From contig BFEA01000039.1 of assembly GCA_003427395.1 (NCBI GenBank), forward strand, positions 2,292,594 to 2,354,131: a DNA stretch of 61,538 nt, in the 5' to 3' direction. The notes beneath the pieces were generated by a model that saw only the letters and a list, made by a program, of their open reading frames with translations, had not been told where the DNA came from and did not search any database. This DNA comes from Chara braunii (taxonomy: Eukaryota > Plantae > Charophyceae). Below, piece after piece: positions 12,801 to 24,460 of this stretch (positions within the stretch are counted from its first letter, which is position 1; each line of letters begins with the position of its first letter). A program made the translations under genes and the position numbers.

Positions 12801-13045
12801 CACACTTGGACAGAAGTTGCTCAGGTAAGCTATTGAAATTTGGAAAGAGGATAAAAGTTCCTCTCCGCAGGTCTGTGCCTGTAAGCTAAGCTGGCTGATA
12901 CTATCAGATACCCCGGGTTGAATTGTGAGGTCCCCGCGCTCGATCTTTTGTTGGGAATGATATGAATGCTTTGAGTGAAAAAAAAACAAAAAAAATGAAA
13001 CTACAGGGAGTGCGTGTCTGTGTTTGTGTGAGACACACACACAGC

Positions 13046-13092
<47 letters not shown>

Positions 13093-13439
13093 TTGACTCA
13101 CATACATTCAATCCACGCACATGCACACACGCACAGACACGCTAATGCACATACAGATACACATCATTGGTTAATTGGTTAATTGATTGATTGATTGATT
13201 AATTGTCAATCAATCAATCAAGAGATTAACCAAACAGTCCATCAAACGGTCCTAGTGAATTCTAGCATAGAGGCCTATAAATTCAAAATTGGTTGCTAAT
13301 GGACATACAGACGCACATGATTGGTTGATTGGTTGATTGGTTGATTGATTGATTGATTGATTGATTGCATGTCAATCAATCAATCAATCTTTCAACCAAT
13401 CAGTCCAGCAAACGGTCCTTGTGAATTCTGGCTTATAGG

Positions 13440-13800
13440 ACTATAACTTCAAAATTGGTTTAGAGAGTCTCTTAAATCTTTGAAATAGTTTAATCCTTGT
13501 AAATAATCTTTGCACAAACAACTTTTATCTCACAGACATCTTGAATTCTTAGTCAAAACGCAAGTTCAAAATGAAACAGAGAGAGAGAGAAAGAGAGAGA
13601 GCGGGAGAGAGAGAGAGTAGGACCATAACTTCAAAATTGGTTTAGAGAGTTTCTTAAATCTTGGAAATAGTAAAATCCTTGTAAATAATCTTTGCACAAA
13701 CAATTTTTATCTCACGGACATCTTGAATTCTTAGTCAAAACGTAAGTTCAAAATGAAACAGAGAGAGAGAGAGAAAGAGAGAGAGTGGGGCAGAGAGAGA
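13440..13800. repeat. About 183-bp tandem duplication with (GA)n tail
   Basis: ataacttcaaattggtttagagag...aagttcaaaatgaaacagagagag occurs twice. Confidence 0.85.
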
Positions 13801-14257
13801 GTAAAGATCTATGTGGAGTGTTGTGACCCTCATACATTCGAAATGTTTGTTGTCCATGCACATCGACACACACACATGTGTGACTGATTGATTGATTGAT
13901 TGGTTAGATGTCAATCAACCAATACATTGATTGGTTGGTGGGCGGGTGCACATCATCCCTCCTCTCTCTAAACTCTCTAACCGCACACACACACAATCCA
14001 CATATCACACACACACAAATACATAATCCACATGACATTGTCATACACACGGACACAGACACACACACTTTCCCTCTCTCTTTCTCCATTTTCTCGTGGC
14101 TTTCTCGTCGCTTTCTTTCTCCCTCTCTCTCTCTCCCTCTATCTATCTATCTTTGTCCCTATCTCTCATCGCCTTTTCAATCCCCACGCCGACCCCGATC
14201 GATCAATCAATCGACTGGATAAATTAATAATTCCATTGATCATTCAATCAATCAATC

Positions 14258-14329
<72 letters not shown>

Positions 14330-15304
14330 NNNNNNNNNNNNNNNNNNNNNNNNNNNNNNNNNNNNNNNNNNNNNNNNNNNNNNNNNNNNNNNNNNNNNNN
14401 NNNNNNNNNNNNNNNNNNNNNNNNNNNNNNNNNNNNNNNNNNNNNNNNNNNNNNNNNNNNNNNNNNNNNNNNNNNNNNNNNNNNNNNNNNNNNNNNNNNN
14501 NNNNNNNNNNNNNNNNNNNNNNNNNNNNNNNNNNNNNNNNNNNNNNNNNNNNNNNNNNNNNNNNNNNNNNNNNNNNNNNNNNNNNNNNNNNNNNNNNNNN
14601 NNNNNNNNNNNNNNNNNNNNNNNNNNNNNNNNNNNNNNNNNNNNNNNNNNNNNNNNNNNNNNNNNNNNNNNNNNNNNNNNNNNNNNNNNNNNNNNNNNNN
14701 NNNNNNNNNNNNNNNNNNNNNNNNNNNNNNNNNNNNNNNNNNNNNNNNNNNNNNNNNNNNNNNNNNNNNNNNNNNNNNNNNNNNNNNNNNNNNNNNNNNN
14801 NNNNNNNNNNNNNNNNNNNNNNNNNNNNNNNNNNNNNNNNNNNNNNNNNNNNNNNNNNNNNNNNNNNNNNNNNNNNNNNNNNNNNNNNNNNNNNNNNNNN
14901 NNNNNNNNNNNNNNNNNNNNNNNNNNNNNNNNNNNNNNNNNNNNNNNNNNNNNNNNNNNNNNNNNNNNNNNNNNNNNNNNNNNNNNNNNNNNNNNNNNNN
15001 NNNNNNNNNNNNNNNNNNNNNNNNNNNNNNNNNNNNNNNNNNNNNNNNNNNNNNNNNNNNNNNNNNNNNNNNNNNNNNNNNNNNNNNNNNNNNNNNNNNN
15101 NNNNNNNNNNNNNNNNNNNNNNNNNNNNNNNNNNNNNNNNNNNNNNNNNNNNNNNNNNNNNNNNNNNNNNNNNNNNNNNNNNNNNNNNNNNNNNNNNNNN
15201 NNNNNNNNNNNNNNNNNNNNNNNNNNNNNNNNNNNNNNNNNNNNNNNNNNNNNNNNNNNNNNNNNNNNNNNNNNNNNNNNNNNNNNNNNNNNNNNNNNNN
15301 NNNN

Positions 15305-15398
<94 letters not shown>

Positions 15399-15975
15399 TT
15401 AGACAGAGAGAGAGAGAGACAATAAAACAAAGTGAAAACCAAAGTCGAGATTCAATCAACAGAAATAAGTAAGTGGTTGCAATTATTATTATTATTATAC
15501 ACATTCTGGCTCTCTCTCTCGCTCTCTCTCTGTCTCAATCTCTAACCCTCTCGGGCCTCTCCCTCCGTCTCTCTCCTGTACATGCTAATCTCTTTTTCTC
15601 TCGTTGTCCCTCTCTCAATTATTGTACACACGCGCGGCCTATTCGGAAACACTACTCATGGCCATGAGAAAGAGAGAGGGAGACACGTGGCATTGCCACG
15701 TACTTGCACTTGCGCTGGATATCTAGAGTGAACGAGAGAAAGATAGATAGAGAGAGAGGGAGAGACAGGGAGACACGTGACATTCCCGTATAGTTGCATG
15801 TGTGCGGCCTCTTATGTGTCGTCCGTGCACCTGCCACGTGGTCCATTCGGTCCTTAATCGGGCTATTCTCCTCGATGTCGTCCGCACAACTGCCACGAGG
15901 TGCACTCGCCATCCTTACACTTCCCACATGGATGCCACTTGCCAGCTGCCACGCCGTGCACTACGTCCTTAGCCT

Positions 15976-16013
<38 letters not shown>

Positions 16014-16937
16014 CGTTGCAAGGAACCTTTTCCGGCGAGCGATCCGGATTCTGACGTGGACGGTCTCATGTGTCGGTTTGCGTGCTTGCCACGTGCCAAA
16101 AACACCCCACTTGTGGGTTACTCTTTCTCGCTCTCATTCTCTTTGTCTTTCTTTCTCTCTCTCTCTCTTTGTATCTCCCTCTCTCTCTCTCGCGCCTCGG
16201 CATCCTTGGTGTCTTCTGTTGATGCGCCGGTTGATGTGCAGGCGGCTCTCTCCTTTCCCTGTTCCATCTTCTGGCGTTCATCCTCCTCATCTAACTGCCG
16301 GATGTAGAGGATCAGATCCTCCAAGTCTTTCTTCTCCTTCTCCATGAATTTCCTGGTCTCAGGAGATACCTTCCTCCTTCTCTTTCGGCTCTCCTTGCGG
16401 CGCGGACGTGCATGCTCTTCCACCCACCATTCGTCGCAAGATGATGATGACAAGTCCGCATCATCGGTCCTCCTCCTCTCCCAAGATTCAAACGTATGGG
16501 CCATGGGGGGGGGNGAGAGAGAGAGGACCCGACAACGAGCCTGACAAGTCCGGATCACACAGAAGTGCCACGTGGCACTATTCTCCCATGGAGACAACCA
16601 AGACAATCAGCAGGGAACAATATCGACGTCAATCTCAGGTAAGTAACCNGCTCCTNACTCTNCCACAGATCCTGATCCTCCTCCTTGTCNCAACTAGTCA
16701 CCTCATGTACACAGCGTGGCCAGTGTCACGTTAACAATAGAGACAGGTCGCATGCGCAACTCCCTCAAATCTCTGGCAGAGCGCAACTCTCTCTCTCGCG
16801 CGCGTACAAGTGCACTAGCACTTCGGAATCCACACTCTCATGCGAATGAGCATCTGCCGAAATGGGAGGCTGACCAGTCTTTTATGATGCTGGACTGGAC
16901 TTCCCCGGCCAGCCTCGAACTCAAATGTGTTTGGCGG

Positions 16938-17190
16938 CCTGGGACCGCATGCCCACTGTCTGTTGCTGCAAAGTGTAGTCCCAGTATCTTTTTCATGGTA
17001 GCCTGGGACCGAAGCCCAGTGCTTGTTGCTGCGAAGTGTAGTCCCAGTACCTTTCCCATGGTGGTCTGGGACCGCATGCCCAACGCTTGTTGCTGCAAAG
17101 TGTAGTCCCAATACCTTTCGCATGGTAGCCTGGGACCGCATGCCCACTGCCTGTTGCTGCAAAGTATAGTCCCAGTACCTTCCCACGGTC
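16938..17190. repeat. Minisatellite, about 62-bp unit, about 4 copies
   Basis: cctgggaccgcatgcccactg..tgttgctgcaaagtgtagtcccagtacc repeated. Confidence 0.9.
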
Positions 17191-17885
17191 TGCTGCTGTT
17201 GTAGCCTTTCGGGCCTTCCTTTTGGACTTCTGGTCTGACTCGAGACCTGACCTCTGGGACTGGCACTAATTGGGCCTGCGACCTTTAACTCTGGGACTGA
17301 CACTAACTGGGCCTGCGACCTTTGACTATTTGTTGAATGGACGTGACCCCTGCTGCTGTGGCCTATCGGGCCTGCCTTTTCGACTTCTGGTCTGACTCAG
17401 CACTTGACCCCTGGGACTGGGGCTAACTCTTGAGTCGGACCAGAAGTCCAAAAGGCAGGCCCGAAAGGCCACAGTAGCAGGGGTAACTGAACAGACGTGA
17501 CCTCTGCTGCTGTAGCCTTTCGGGCCTACCTTTTGGACTTCTGGTCTGACTCAAGACTTGACCTCTGGGACTGAGAGTAAGTCTTGAGTCAGACCAGAAG
17601 TCCAAAAGGCAGGCCCAAAAGGCCGCAGTAGCAGGGGTCACGTCTGTTCAGCAGACCTGATTCGGACCAGAAGTCCTAAAGCCAGGCCCGAAAGGCAGCC
17701 GCAGGGGTCACGTCTGTTCATACCCCTTCTGCTGTGGCCTTTCCGGCCCACCTTTTGGACTTCTGGTCTGGCTCAAGACTTGACCTCTGGGACTGAGAGT
17801 AAGTCTTGAGTCAGACCAGAAGTCCAAAAGCCAGGCCCGAAAGCCCACAGTAGCAGGGGTCACGTCTGTTCAGCAGACTTGAGTT
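17190..17885. repeat. Fold-back array of alternating direct and inverted roughly 80-bp units; further copies at 18865-19135
   Basis: ggcctttcgggcctgccttttggacttctggtctgactc alternates with its reverse complement gagtcagaccagaagtccaaaaggcaggcccgaaaggcc. Confidence 0.9.
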
Positions 17886-18082
17886 TATGGTCATAAACTC
17901 AATTGAAAATACATAAACTGAACAATCTCTTTTTCAATTTGAATAGAAATAAATCTTCATTGTTGTCTATTTTAGATTTATTTTTTATTTATATGTATAT
18001 ATATATTCTTCCTTGAGTCAATAGAGAGGTCAAAGTAATCTCCTTTTACAAAAAAATCACATGAAAGAACAATTTTTCTCAT

Positions 18083-18141
18083 TACGCCCTTTAGGATTCG
18101 AACCTATGCTAGAGATATAGAAGATCTCAGAGTCTGTCCTA
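18083..18141 (-). pseudogene. 3' part of a tRNA-Arg(UCU)-like sequence (tRNA fragment or SINE head)
   Basis: The minus strand reads taggaca-gactct-GAGAT cttctat ATCTC-tagc-ataGGTTCGAATCCta-a-agggcgt-a: an anticodon arm with TCT, a T-arm/B-box and the 3' acceptor strand. The 5' acceptor strand is missing. Confidence 0.6.
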
Positions 18142-18226
18142 ACGTTTATAAACGAAATAATATAATTCACGGTATATGCATAAATATATCCTAATGAATG
18201 GATGATATGTACTAGCCTTCAGCCTC

Positions 18227-18263
18227 CTGATGAGTCGGTGAAACTCCGACGAAACAGTTTGTC
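18227..18263 (+). ncRNA. Hammerhead ribozyme catalytic core (minimal type-I-like; stem I not intact)
   Basis: CTGATGA-gtcgg(tgaaact)ccgac-GAAA-ca(gtt)tG-TC: conserved core, perfect 5-bp stem II, very short stem III and a GUC cleavage triplet. Confidence 0.6.
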
Positions 18264-18329
18264 ACAGCCCCTCGTTTGTTGTCCTCTTCTCTCTCTCTGC
18301 CTACGGTTTACCGGGCAGTTCTGTTTGTG

Positions 18330-18364
<35 letters not shown>

Positions 18365-19889
18365 ATGACGATATATATATATATATATATATATCCTAAA
18401 GCCTTGGGCACTGGGCCCTTAAAAAAAGAAAGGAAAAAAAAACAACAACAACACCATCTTACAATTTGATTTTATTTTTTTTTTCGCTACTAGGAAGTAA
18501 GGGAATAACAAATCATGCGAAGTTGGGAAATAATATAATGCTCCCAAGGTTACTTCCGGGTTGAATTGTGAGGCCCCGACCTCAAGTTTCATTTGGTAAA
18601 ATAAAGAAAACATAATAATAATAATACTTAACCAAGGCATTTGATTCACAATAAAAAATGTATCTTTTTAAAACAAAGAATATTCAAGAAAAGAATATTC
18701 TTAAAAATCTATGATTCATTCAAAATTTTGACAAATATGTCATTTTAATTTTATCATATTTATGTAATTTTAATTTTATGTATTGCATATGTTTATTGAT
18801 TTGATTTATCCATTTTTATTTATTCCAATTCAGTAATTTATAAATTTCAAATTTGTAAACATCGCAGGCGAGTCAGACCAGAAGTCCAAAAGGCAGGCCC
18901 GAAAGGTCACAACAGAAGCTGAACAGACGTGACCCCTTTTGCTGTGGCCTTTCGGGCCTGCCTTTTGGACTTCTGGTCTGACTCGCCTGCGACGTTACCT
19001 TTGGGACTGAGACCAACTGGGCCTGCGACCTTCGACTCTGCCGAACAGACGTGACCCCTGCTGCAGTGGCCTTTCTAGCCTGCCTTTTGGAACTTAGACT
19101 CAAGACTTGACCTCAGTCAGAGCAGAAGTCCAAGACCTTTGAGTGTTTACCGACACTAGGTAGTCACTTCAATCTATCTTCGATACTAATGAAATGTGAG
19201 CATGTTACTACAGTCTTCCCCCCAATACAACGCACAATCATTAGAGTTGTATTTAGACCGAAAGACACCGCAAATACAGCCACAATGACCGTACGTTGTA
19301 TTCGGGGGAACACTGTACGGCTCGAACGTCTAATACAAATAATATTAAATTCAGAAATAACCTAGGTTACCAGCCCGGACGTTCGGGACCCTTTTTTATT
19401 CCGGCTTGTCCGATCAGACAACTTCCCCGGTTGTCCGAGCGGGGCCCAGTGTCCGGTGTGGTGAAAAATTCTCAGGTGGGTCCAACAGGGTTTTTGGCCC
19501 TGGGGTGACGTTTTATGGCCTTCGTAGTACCCCCCTTTCACCTGACCAATTTTAGTGATGCCAGCAGGACCTCCGAAAACAAGACACAAAAAGGTCTGGT
19601 CTAGGCTGTCAGATCTAAGAGATCTACGGCCTAGATCAGGCCAAATCCAAATTTGAAATCATCCCTCCTCCTCCTCCTTCCAGTATCCTTCTTTTTCTTC
19701 TTCCCCCTCCTCGTCCGAAAGGTCCCCTGCAAATATTTAGCAGAGCTTCCGTGCTTCGGGAAGGATGCCCATTGGATTGCTGCAAAACGCCCAGCAGGGC
19801 AGTAATATATCCTGGATTGAAGTGGATTCTGATTCAGGTGTGTGTTCCAAGAGTTATGGGCGACGAGATTACTGCAAACACTACAGCAG

Positions 19890-21090
19890 CTGTCTCGTTT
19901 TTTTTTTTCCCTTTTCTTACGTGCAGTGGCCCTAAGGGCCTGTCTCCACTCATCAGCACTTGCAGAAAAGAAAAACGGATGGCTTGTATGATTCTAGTTT
20001 CTAGGAGAAGATTCATTTCAGTTTTCCACGTACAGTAGGTGTCTCTTTTTTTTGTTTTTCCTTTTCTTACGTGCAGTGGCCCTAAGGGCCTNTACAGTAG
20101 GTGTCTCTTTTTTTTGTTTTTCCTTTTCTTACGTGCAGTGGCCCTAAGGGCCTCGCTCCACTCATCAGCACTTGCAGAAAAGAAAAGCGTATGGCCTGTA
20201 TGGATCTAGTTTCTAGGAGAAGATTCATTCTAGTTTTGCACATACAGTAGCGGTCTCATTTTTTTATTTTTTTTTAATGGTCTTCCAGAGGGCAGCTTCG
20301 AGTGGGTTGTAGTCTCCTGTCAATTCCTTCCCAGGAGACGGTCTCCCTTNCAGAATGCGAAGCTTTTCCCAGGCAGCCTCACCCATTGGCACGGCCCCCT
20401 TCCCAACAAGATTCTCCCAGACTAAGCCTGCAGAATCAGGGGTCATAATAAGAGTATAACCCTCCGAAGAAGCCCTGCCCCTGATGCGATGGTCACTGGC
20501 TCACCAAACAACTCAAAATGCATGTTGGTTCCATAGGGTGTCCCCACAACTGCCCCTCCTTTCATGTCCTCCAAAATCTCCCCGCTCTTAGGCTGTCTCG
20601 TTTTTTAGTTTTTTCTTTTCTTACTTGCGTGCAGTGGCCGTAAGGGTCTGGCTCCACTCATCAGCACTTGCAAGAAAGAAAATCGTATGGCCGGTATGGA
20701 TCCAGTTTCTAGGAGAAGATTCATTCTAGTTTTGCACATACAGTAGGTGTCTCGTTTTTTGTTTTTCCTTATCTTACGTGCAGTGGTCCTAAGGGGCTCC
20801 ACTCATCAGCACTTGCAGAAAAGAAAACGGATGGCTTGTATAGTTCCAGTATCTAGGAAAAGATTCCTTCTAGTTTTGCACATACGGTAGCTATCTCATT
20901 TTTTAGTTTTTCCTTTTCTTACTTGCGTGCAGTGGCCGTAATGGCCTGGCTCCACTCATCAGCACTTGCAGAAAAGAAAAACGTATGGCCTGTNGGCCTG
21001 GCTCCACTCATCAGCACTTGCAGAAAAGAAAAACGTATGGCCTGTATGGATCCAGTTTCTAGGAGAAGATTCATTCTAGTTTTGCACATT
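19890..21090. repeat. Tandem array of roughly 150-bp units inside the hAT-like element
   Basis: cttacgtgcagtggccctaagggcc..ctccactcatcagcacttgcagaaaagaaaacg..gtttctaggagaagattcatt repeated, some copies partial, interrupted by 20276-20592. Confidence 0.9.
20276..20592 (-). pseudogene. Captured fragment of a YgfZ/COG0354 (CAF17/IBA57-like, plastid-type) folate-binding protein gene
   Basis: PKSGEILEDMKGGAVVGTPYGTNMHFELFGEPVTIASGAG / (frameshift) SEGYTLIMTPDSAGLVWENLVGKGAVPMGEAAWEKLRILxGRPSPGKELTGDYNPLEAALWKTI matches the plant COG0354 region just before the KGCY signature. Confidence 0.8.
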
Positions 21091-21341
21091 TCGTGAGTAG
21101 TGGAGTGAAGCCCTCAAAATCACATGCCAGGTTAGTAAGTCAGTAACCCATAATTGCTGAAACACGGACCTGCATCGAAGCTACACCATATATAGCTGGC
21201 CTGCCCTCTACTTATTACAAGTCCAGTGGCGACCTGTCAAGTGACCACCCATCTCCTGCCGACGGGACCCATGCCAATTTTTGGCAGGGACCTTTTGAAG
21301 CACAGACAGGGGATAATCCGAATAATGTGAAAGGGCTTTGT

Positions 21342-21393
<52 letters not shown>

Positions 21394-23013
21394 CAGTGTG
21401 TATACACACATCACGGTTGCTTCTTTTTTTGTTCTTTTTTTTATGCGTGCGCGCGCTCGCACATGTGGGATTAGCGCACTGCGCACCGTGCAGCATATTG
21501 CGCAGCGCACTTTACCTAGGCGCTGCAAGTATGCTTCCCACCCCTTTCCTCACCCCCGACACCTTTTTTTTTTATTGCTCCGAATGACCTCAAAAATTTT
21601 TGGGGGAGCCCCCTGGTGGAACGCAGCCCCCCCTTGTTTTTTTTTTTTTTTTTTGCTTTCATGATTTGAAAAAAATGATCTGGACAAGCACAGGATGTCC
21701 GCCCAGGACAACCGGTCATCGAACAACTGGTAGCCTAGGAAATAACCTTATGTTGAAAAGAAAAACACATCAAATGAAAGTAACATTTTATTAGTGTGAT
21801 GTGCACCTCGTTTGATTTCCGACTTTCAGGAATTTTTATATTTTTCGTATGCTCATCATTTGATTAATTCATTGGCACAAAAACCTCCCACATGGATAAC
21901 AGTGTAATAGGGCTATAACAATTAAAAAAATGGAGGTCAAATTCAATTCCAATAGTTTACGAATTTATCTTTCAACTGTATGATTTGGTGAGAATAAATC
22001 ATCACTATAGGGCTATAACCTTGAAGGCATAAAATATTATATTCTGAAGCGATGAGTGACAAAAAAAAANACTCTGTACGAAAGTTTCATGTTAGTAGTC
22101 TGTTGTGCACAAAGTACAATTTTCGACTCTAAAAAACAACTACATTTCTTAGCAATCGCATGCGAGGAATCGTGGAACTGTACAAATGTTTCGACGCTGG
22201 ACTTCGACATTATAGGGTTATATCCTAGTTTCACCATTTGTCTGAAAAAAACATTTGAATGAACACCAGTACACTTTAAAGACTTTTATCCATGTTTTTT
22301 TATCTCTTGACGTTTTTATGATTTTTAGGGATAAATTCTACGTTTTCTCGTAAACCATAGATTAGTTAAAAACTAAACTCCGTAAAAAANNNNNNNNNNN
22401 NNNNNNNNNNNNNNNNNNNNNNNNNNNNNNNNNNNNNNNNNNNNNNNNNNNNNNNNNNNNNNNNNNNNNNNNNNNNNNNNNNNNNNNNNNNNNNNNNNNN
22501 NNNNNNNNNNNNNNNNNNNNNNNNNNNNNNNNNNNNNNNNNNNNNNNNNNNNNNNNNNNNNNNNNNNNNNNNNNNNNNNNNNNNNNNNNNNNNNNNNNNN
22601 NNNNNNNNNNNNNNNNNNNNNNNNNNNNNNNNNNNNNNNNNNNNNNNNNNNNNNNNNNNNNNNNNNNNNNNNNNNNNNNNNNNNNNNNNNNNNNNNNNNN
22701 NNNNNNNNNNNNNNNNNNNNNNNNNNNNNNNNNNNNNNNNNNNNNNNNNNNNNNNNNNNNNNNNNNNNNNNNNNNNNNNNNNNNNNNNNNNNNNNNNNNN
22801 NNNNNNNNNNNNNNNNNNNNNNNNNNNNNNNNNNNNNNNNNNNNNNNNNNNNNNNNNNNNNNNNNNNNNNNNNNNNNNNNNNNNNNNNNNNNNNNNNNNN
22901 NNNNNNNNNNNNNNNNNNNNNNNNNNNNNNNNNNNNNNNNNNNNNNNNNNNNNNNNNNNNNNNNNNNNNNNNNNNNNNNNNNNNNNNNNNNNNNNNNNNN
23001 NNNNNNNNNNNNN

Positions 23014-23071
<58 letters not shown>

Positions 23072-23190
23072 CGGGGGAGACAGGTGACTCATCCACTATG
23101 CTGCTCTGCGCTCGTTCACTAGTGAATGGGCTGCAGAGTAGCGCCTGCACCTGGCGCCGATGGCAGTCGGGTGCAGGCATGAGTTGGGCA

Positions 23191-23252
23191 GGGGGGATGA
23201 AAACCCCTGCTGAGCTTGACTCTAGTTCAACCTGTGAAGTGACTAAGGGGTG
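23191..23252 (+). pseudogene. Diverged 28S/25S rRNA-like fragment
   Basis: gaaaacccctgctgagcttgactctagttcaacctgtgaagtgact resembles conserved LSU rRNA gaagaccctgttgagcttgactctagtccgactttgtgaaatgact. Confidence 0.65.
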
Positions 23253-23989
23253 GCTGCTCGTTTTGAAAAATGAGTTGCCCCCTGCACAGAAAAACGAGAG
23301 GGGGGGACAAAGTAAAAAAAAAAGAAAAAAGGAGAAAGCAAATGTCGCGAATCTAATCACGCCGCAGGGCCAGATGCAGGGGTAGAAGCATCTGGACCCT
23401 GAAGATTGACAACAGACTGTTGGATTTCAACAGTCTGCTCTACTTGGCTCTATACAACCATTTAGGGCTGCATCTGGCCGTAGGTAGCGGCCAGATGCAT
23501 TACGAAGGCCTGAAACTTGGTTCCCCTAGGGGAACATCAAGTTTCTCGGCCCTTGAAGGGTCAGGCCTCACTCCGAGTTTTGGCTGGGGGCAAAGCAGCT
23601 GCCCACAACCTCCAACCAACAATAAAACAACCAGCAGTCAGCCAACCAGCATTCATTTGTGGCTGGTGCTGCTAGTTTTTCGTTGGGTGAATGTTGGCTG
23701 CTGGAGGAGGAGCTGCTGGTGGAGTGAGAGGGAGCTGAGTGGAGGTCTGCAAGTGAGGGGGGAGGATTGCTGGAGGTGGCCATAGCTGTGAAACACAGCC
23801 ATAACCGCCATCTCAGCGAGGTGAGGAGAGGAGAGGCTGCCATAGCCATCGTGCTGCGGGGTGCGAGCTGGAGGTGTTGCTGTTCGTGGCAGGGTTTTCG
23901 GTAAGCGGTGCAGGGGAAACTTTGCCCATTTTGCATGGTGGCGGCAAGTCTTCGGTTAGCGGTACAGGGGAGACTCTGCCTGTTTGACA

Positions 23990-24460
23990 CGGAAACGGCA
24001 GCGCTTTGTCGACAGTTGTGCGGGAGCGCTGCCAAAATTTTGCAGCGACAGCGCCAGGTTTGTCGACGGTGGTGCGGAAGCGCTCCCAAAATTTTGCAGC
24101 GACAGCGCCGGGTTTGTCGGCTATGGTGCGGAAGCGCTGCAGAAATTTTGCAGCGACAACACCGGGTTATCGGCGGTGGTGCGGAAGCGCTGCCGAAATT
24201 TTGCGGCGACAAGGCCGGGTTTAACGACGGTGGTGTGGAAGCGCTGCCAATTTTTTGCGGCAACGATACTGGGTTCTAAGAGGTGACGCGGAAGCGCTGC
24301 CGATTTTTTTTTGCGGCAGCTGCACTGAGATTTTGGCGGCGATGTGGAAGTGCTACCGAAATCTTTCGGCTTCCACAATGTTTTTTTTGACATCGACACG
24401 GAAGTGTTATCGAACTCTTGCAGCGGCGGCAGTGCGTCCTAGATGGTGGCACGGGAGCGC
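23990..24460. repeat. GC-rich minisatellite, about 54-bp unit
   Basis: ggtgcggaagcgctgccaaaattttgcagcgacagcgccgggtttgtcgac repeated about 7 times with increasing decay. Confidence 0.9.

Larger units (their letters stand above)
305..12935. mobile_element. Putative large element bounded by a 23-bp perfect inverted repeat, carrying a ParB-methyltransferase pseudogene between CA-rich arms
   Basis: ggggacctcacaattcaacccgg (305-327) is the exact reverse complement of 12913-12935. No clear TSD or transposase was seen, so the true ends are uncertain. Confidence 0.45.
19362..21738. mobile_element. Non-autonomous DNA transposon (hAT-like) with 12-bp TIRs and an 8-bp TSD, carrying a captured gene fragment
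   Basis: TIRs ctaggttaccag (19362-19373) and ctggtagcctag (21727-21738) match 11/12; identical flanking GAAATAAC at 19354-19361 and 21739-21746. Confidence 0.8.

Noticed and set aside
14032-15504. Long ORFs of 240-450 aa spanning poly-X (also 22362-23360 and 46271-47377)
   Set aside because: Artefacts of N-gaps flanked by (CT)n/(GA)n
16118-16606. 162-aa charged minus-strand ORF
   Set aside because: Low complexity, partly built from (GA)n, with no recognisable domain
23568-24400. Repetitive ORFs (RRCRCKILAALP / AEALPKFC)
   Set aside because: They are open on both strands and in several frames because of the 54-bp minisatellite, with no evidence of coding constraint
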